From Gracilinanus agilis (taxonomy: Eukaryota), in contig NC_058130.1 in assembly GCF_016433145.1 (NCBI RefSeq), positions 132,853,214 to 132,917,213 of the forward strand: a stretch of 64,000 bases of DNA. The letters are read 5' to 3'. Positions 58,800-64,000 of this stretch are shown piece by piece (the stretch's first letter is position 1; the number at the start of each line of letters is the position of its first letter). Made by a program: the position numbers and the translations under genes. Under the pieces are notes generated by a model. That model made no database searches. It had not been told where the DNA came from and was given only the letters and a program-made list of their open reading frames with translations.

Positions 58800-59720
58800 T
58801 TTTTTATTAGAAAGATATTTTATTTTACCAATTACATGCAATAACAAATTTCCACGTAAGTTTTCTGAAGTTATAAGATCCAAATTGTCTTCCTCCCTTT
58901 CTGTCCTTACCCTTCTTGGAGCTGGCAAACAATTTTGTCTGGGTTATACATGTATTATCATATAAAATATACTAACATATTGTTCGTTTTTGTAAGAGAA
59001 TAATCATATAAAACAAAAAACCCAAATAAACAAGTGAAAAATAATATGTAGTTTCCTATTTGATTTTTAAAAAATAATTTATTTACTTATTTTTAAGCAA
59101 TTACATGTAATAAATTTCCATATAAGTTTTCCAAAGTTATATGATCCAAATTGTCTCCCTCTCTCTTTCCCTCCCCCATCCTGGGACTAGCAAGCAATTT
59201 AATTTGGGTTATACATATATTATGAAGCTAAACATATTTCCGTATTGTTCATTTTTGTAAGTAGTGACTAACTTAAAAAACCCAAACCCCATAATATAAA
59301 TCCAAATAAACATGTGAAAATTCATATGCTTTCATCTGCATTCCTACTCCAGCAGTTCTTTCTCTGGAGGTGGATAGCATTCTTTGTCAGAAGTCCCTCA
59401 AAATTGTCCTGGATCATTGTATTCTCAAAGTAGCTAAGTCTCTCACATTTGATCATTCCATAATACTGCAGTTACTATGTACAAGGTTCTCCCGGTTCTG
59501 CTTATTTCACTCTGCAACAGTTCATGTAGGTCTTTCCAACTTTCTGAAATTATCCTGTTCATCATTCCTTACAGCACAATAGTATTCTATCACTATCATA
59601 TACCATAATTTGTTCAACCATTCTCCAGTTGGTGGGCATCCATTTAGTTTCCACTTCTTTGTCACCACAAAGAGCAGATATAAATATTTTTATACAAGTA
59701 GATCCTTTTGCATTTTTAAA
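58800..59720 (-). mobile_element. Two adjacent L1 3'UTR fragments
   Basis: The same L1 3' motif (aattacatg.aata..aaatttcca..taagtttt) starts at about 58830 and again at about 59100. Confidence 0.75.
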
Positions 59721-62127
59721 ATCTCTTTAGGATACAGATCTATTTGTGTTTTAATGTTGCAGGTTTTATTCCTGGCTAAAACAGTCTTGCTTTTCTCCTT
59801 ATGCTTTGCTGGCCCTGTAGAGGAAATAAAGGGACAGTTCATGTAACAGAAGTCATTGTAATACTCCACTCTGAGGAGAATATTTAAAGAGTCACTATGC
59901 GTTATGGGAAAGATGCCAGAGACACTAGAGACTGTCAAAATGAAACAAGAAGGAATTGGGGAATGGAATGATGCATTTGAAGTCAGAAAGACCTGGGCTT
60001 GAATCCCACTTTGTTAACTGGTGACCCTGGGTAAGTCTCTTCCTCTTTGACCCATCCATCTGTAAAATATGGTCATGTGAAGCTCTAAATCCTAAAATAA
60101 AGGCAGACTTTTTTTGATGTTCATTATTATGTGTAACATACTATATGGCTACTCTGGGTTAAGTTTGTGTGACCTGTGAAAGTGGTGATAGTTGGGTATG
60201 AAAAACAATTCCACATGCGGAGTAGAGGCTCTAGAGTCATCAGTTTCCTATTTTTAATATTTTTGAGTGATACCAAATTTATATGATACATTAGTTTAAA
60301 TGTCAAATATTTCCAGGCCACCATTTAAGGATTGGGAGAAGAGAAGAGAAAAAAGCATTTGTACAGCTCTTTCTTACAAATTTTATCACATTTGATTCTT
60401 GCAACAATCCTGTGCTATTATTATCTCTATTTTACAGTTGAGAAAACTGAGACAGAGGTTGTGATTTACCTAAAGTCACACAGCTAATAAAATGTCTAAG
60501 GCCATATTTAAACTCAGGTCTTTCTGACTCCAGTCCTAGAACTCTATCCACTGAGTCATTTAAGTTCTTTTTTTTTTTTTTTTTTTTTTTTGCTGGAGGA
60601 GGAGAAAGACAAAGACACAGAGGCAGAGAGAGAGGCAGAGAGAAAGAGACAAAAAGAAAGATATACAAATTCAATGTATATGTGTGTAAACAGGGCAAGG
60701 TGCATAGTTGAAGTGAGCATGTAAGCATAGGTATTTCTTCAAAAGAAGGTTCCAAGGAAGAACTCCTCTGTTGAAGGGAGAGGTCATAAGGATGGAAGAG
60801 TAGCCAGGAAGGCTTCAGAGGGACCCTGAAATTCACTTGACTGGTGGCTTGAGTATTATGCCATCCAGTGGACAAACCAGATATTGCACTCTCTCACTGG
60901 ATAATTAATATAGTGACATGCTACCTTTTTGTAGGCTTACAGAAGGCAGAGTGGGAGTTAATATGGGCTATTGTTACTACCACAGCACCCCAGCTGTCAT
61001 ATAGTATATACACAAAATGCCACATTCTGGTATCGCATACACATGATAAACAAATAAAGGTAATAGTTCATTGTTGATAGATAAATGAATGATCTTATTT
61101 CAGTGGTTCAAGATTATAGTAATCAAAAGAGAACTCATGCAGATTTGGAAAAAGAGAATGAAGCCAGTTAAAAAAGGAATAAAAAACTCATTTATTGGAA
61201 GAGATATTGACTAGGTAGCCAGAGGAGCAGAACTCAGTATTGACTTGGGAGCAGAAATATATGGAACTAAAGAAAGCATAGATTTCTTAGGAACCTAGGA
61301 CATGAAAATAGGCTATATTTGGATGACAGAAATGAACTATCCAGGATGAACTAGACGAAGTTGAATTCTAATTATTTATGTGCCAGAAATGGCTGATATA
61401 TATAGCACTCATGCCATTATGCCTCATATCTATAAATTTTTAGTTGTTTTTATTGCATTTGAGCCAACTGGCCTAGAAATTATTATTTGTAACTATGTAA
61501 AACTATGAACACTATGGCAGTAGAAGTATGTGGCTAGCTCTAAGGCCAGTTCATAGATAGCAGCAACCAAAGCAAAGAGATTCCTAACCATCAGACATGG
61601 CAACCAAAGCAGAGAGATTTCTAGTCATCACACATGGTTTAGTGGGGCAGCTGGGTAGCACAGTGGATAGAGTACCAGGCCTGGAGTTGGGAGGACCTGA
61701 GTTTAAATCTGGCCTCAGACACTGCCTAACTGTGTGACCCTGGACAAGTCACTTAACCCTGATTATCTAGCCTTTGAAACTCTTCTGTCTTAGAACTGCT
61801 ACTAAAACAGAAAGTAAAGGTTGAAAAAACAAAACAAAAAACCTATAGCTTAGTGAGATAAAGAAATGGAATTGATTGACTATAGTAGAACCTATCTTTT
61901 TTTTTTTTTTTTAAACCCTTACCTTCCATCTTGGAGTCAATACTGTGTATTGGCTCCAAGGCAGAAGAGTGGTAAGGGTAGGCAATGGGGGTTAAGTGAC
62001 TTGCCCAGGGTCACACAGCTAGGAAGTGTCTGAGGTCAGATTTGAACCAAGGACCTCCCATCTCTAGGCCTGGCTCTCAATCCACTGAGCTACCCCCACT
62101 CCCCCATCTTTTAAATGGCCTCAAACA

Positions 62128-62129
<2 letters not shown>

Positions 62130-62191
<62 letters not shown>

Positions 62192-62319
62192 NNNNNNNNN
62201 NNNNNNNNNNNNNNNNNNNNNNNNNNNNNNNNNNNNNNNNNNNNNNNNNNNNNNNNNNNNNNNNNNNNNNNNNNNNNNNNNNNNNNNNNNNNNNNNNNNN
62301 NNNNNNNNNNNNNNNNNNN

Positions 62320-62400
<81 letters not shown>
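62130..62400. repeat. Long (TC)n microsatellite spanning a 128-N assembly gap (62192-62319)
   Basis: Seen directly. Confidence 0.95.
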
Positions 62401-62402
<2 letters not shown>

Positions 62403-63639
62403 TAATCCTAGTGCCTTCCTTCTGTTAATTATTTCCTATTTATCTTATATATAGCTTGCTTTGTATATATTTGTTTGCATGTTGTCTCCCCCATTAGATT
62501 GTGAGTTCTTTGAGGGCAAAGACCATTTTGCCTCTTTTTGTATCTGCAGTGTTTAGCACAGTGACTAGCACATTTTGTTGTTGCTGAGTCACTTTTCAGT
62601 CTTGAATAACTCTTCATGACCCTAATTGAGGTACCAGATATTGGAGTGTTTTGCAGTTTTCTTCTCCAGCTCATTCTATAGATAAAGAAACTGAGGCAAA
62701 TAGGAGTTAAGTGACTTGTCCAATGTCATACAGCTAGTAAGTATCTGAGCCAGATTTTAACTCAGGGAAATGAACCTTCCTGACTCTAGGCTTGGTACTC
62801 TATCCATTTCATCACCTAGCTTCTAGTCAATAAAAATTTATTATTTCCACTTGGCACATAGGAAGTGCTTAATAAATATTGATTAACTGTTTCCCTGTCA
62901 TTCTAGAATGTTCTGCCCTAGGTGCAAAATGTTTCTTTAAATATTCTAAGTTGACCATATAGTTTTTTCTTAAAACGAAATACAAAAACAAAAAACCACC
63001 TATTTTTTAGATTGAATCTATAATTTCATTGGTATAGGGAACTCCCAGGAAGAAAACTCCTTCCATCTTTGCAGGGTGGCATCTGCTCTGAAACTTAAGA
63101 GTCTTAGGGAGTCTCTTGGCACATTGGAGATAAAGAAAACTTGCCTTTAGGTTATATGACTAGTTCTTGTGAGTATAGTGCAGGGATTGGGTGGTGGGAG
63201 AACTTGAATCCAGGTCTTCCTGATTGAAGGCTAGCTTTCTATCCACTATACCCCACTGCTACTTTCATATCCTCTTCCTTATATACTTTTTCTTCACAGT
63301 TCCAAACTCCTTGCTTATAAGTATGAGTTTAAAGAGGGTACCAATTTTCTTAATGTGCTGAGAATTCTTGTTGTCTTTTCCCCAGGTTGTCTATCAATAG
63401 TCATAAAACAAATGTTCACAAAGGCCCAGGATGCAAATCCTTTCCTGACATCAGTCTTACAGAGAATCCAACATATGATGTAAATAAAGACTGAAGAGGA
63501 TGGATCTTATAGCTTTGTATGAGTGGGAAGAAGCAGCCCTCTATCATTTTGGAGAGCTCTAGGGGAAAGGAGGAAAAGGAGAGAGGGAATGCTTCAGTAA
63601 GCACCAAAAAAAAAAAAAAAATCAACCACATACACATAC

Positions 63640-63949
63640 AAAATTCTCTGATTAATTCTTTATTGTACCAATTATTCTTTGATAGATTCCGTTTCTTCAG
63701 GTAGATTCCCTCTTGCCCCTTGCTCTTCTCTGCACATTCATTCCTACCATCTGCTTCTCATCAACTTTACTGCAAGTGCTAAAGGAAGTCACTTGCTGGG
63801 CCCCTCCAAACTCCAGCCAGGCTGGAGAGGGTACATCTCTTGATAGAAGGGTATCAGAGAAAATTAAGATCTTATCTCTCTTGCCCTGTCTTCCTTGCCG
63901 ATGCCCTATATCCATGGCCGTGATCCTGGTATCAATGCTCTGGCCCAGC
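63640..63949 (-). other. NUPR1: Terminal non-coding exon of a minus-strand gene entering from the right, probably NUPR1
   Basis: Acceptor gactcactggatctcttttcctatcag ending at 63950; AATAAA at 63664-63659 followed by a GU/U-rich element. Identity comes from synteny (NUPR1 follows IL27 and has a UTR-only last exon); no coding sequence is in the window. Confidence 0.5.
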
Positions 63950-64000
63950 CTGATAGGAAAAGAGATCCAGTGAGTCTAAGCCTCCAAGTTTTAGGGGATC

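Noticed and set aside
56760-61440. AT-rich unique blocks with 60-115 aa ORFs (56915-57262, 60127-60324, 60868-61077)
   Set aside because: No family similarity recognised; the candidate intron linking two of them would be only about 53 nt.
61563-61636. 37-bp two-copy direct repeat
   Set aside because: Isolated diverged local duplication with no array or spacer structure.
62042-62428. Leu/Ser-repeat ORFs
   Set aside because: Translation of the (TC)n microsatellite and N gap.

Overview
Marsupial genomic DNA. The SINE1_Mdo/MAR1-type repeats point to a didelphid opossum, most likely Monodelphis; this is inference. The window is syntenic with human 16p11.2-12.1. Gene order: 5' end of EIF3C (-), complete CLN3 (-, 15 coding exons, 436 aa), complete APOBR (+, 4 exons, 1369 aa), complete IL27/p28 (-, 5 exons, 221 aa), an intact 11-coding-exon class I phosphatidylinositol transfer protein gene (-, 270 aa), about 19 kb of repeat-rich DNA, and a probable terminal 3'UTR exon of NUPR1 (-). 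All exons were built by hand from GT-AG sites and phases and compared with human proteins recalled from memory; no database search was run. The main surprise is the PITP gene. To my knowledge human and mouse have no gene between IL27 and NUPR1, and this protein is only about three-quarters identical to PITPNB while keeping the full PITPNA/PITPNB exon structure, including the 8-nt microexon. It looks like a third class I PITP paralogue lost in placental mammals. Second highlight: this IL-27 p28 has two cysteines (C103/C157) and an N85 sequon, like the self-secreting mouse p28, and lacks the poly-glutamate loop. The window also holds six solo LTRs, four hAT MITEs, an RTE-derived element, many SINE/L1/L2 fragments and two assembly gaps.
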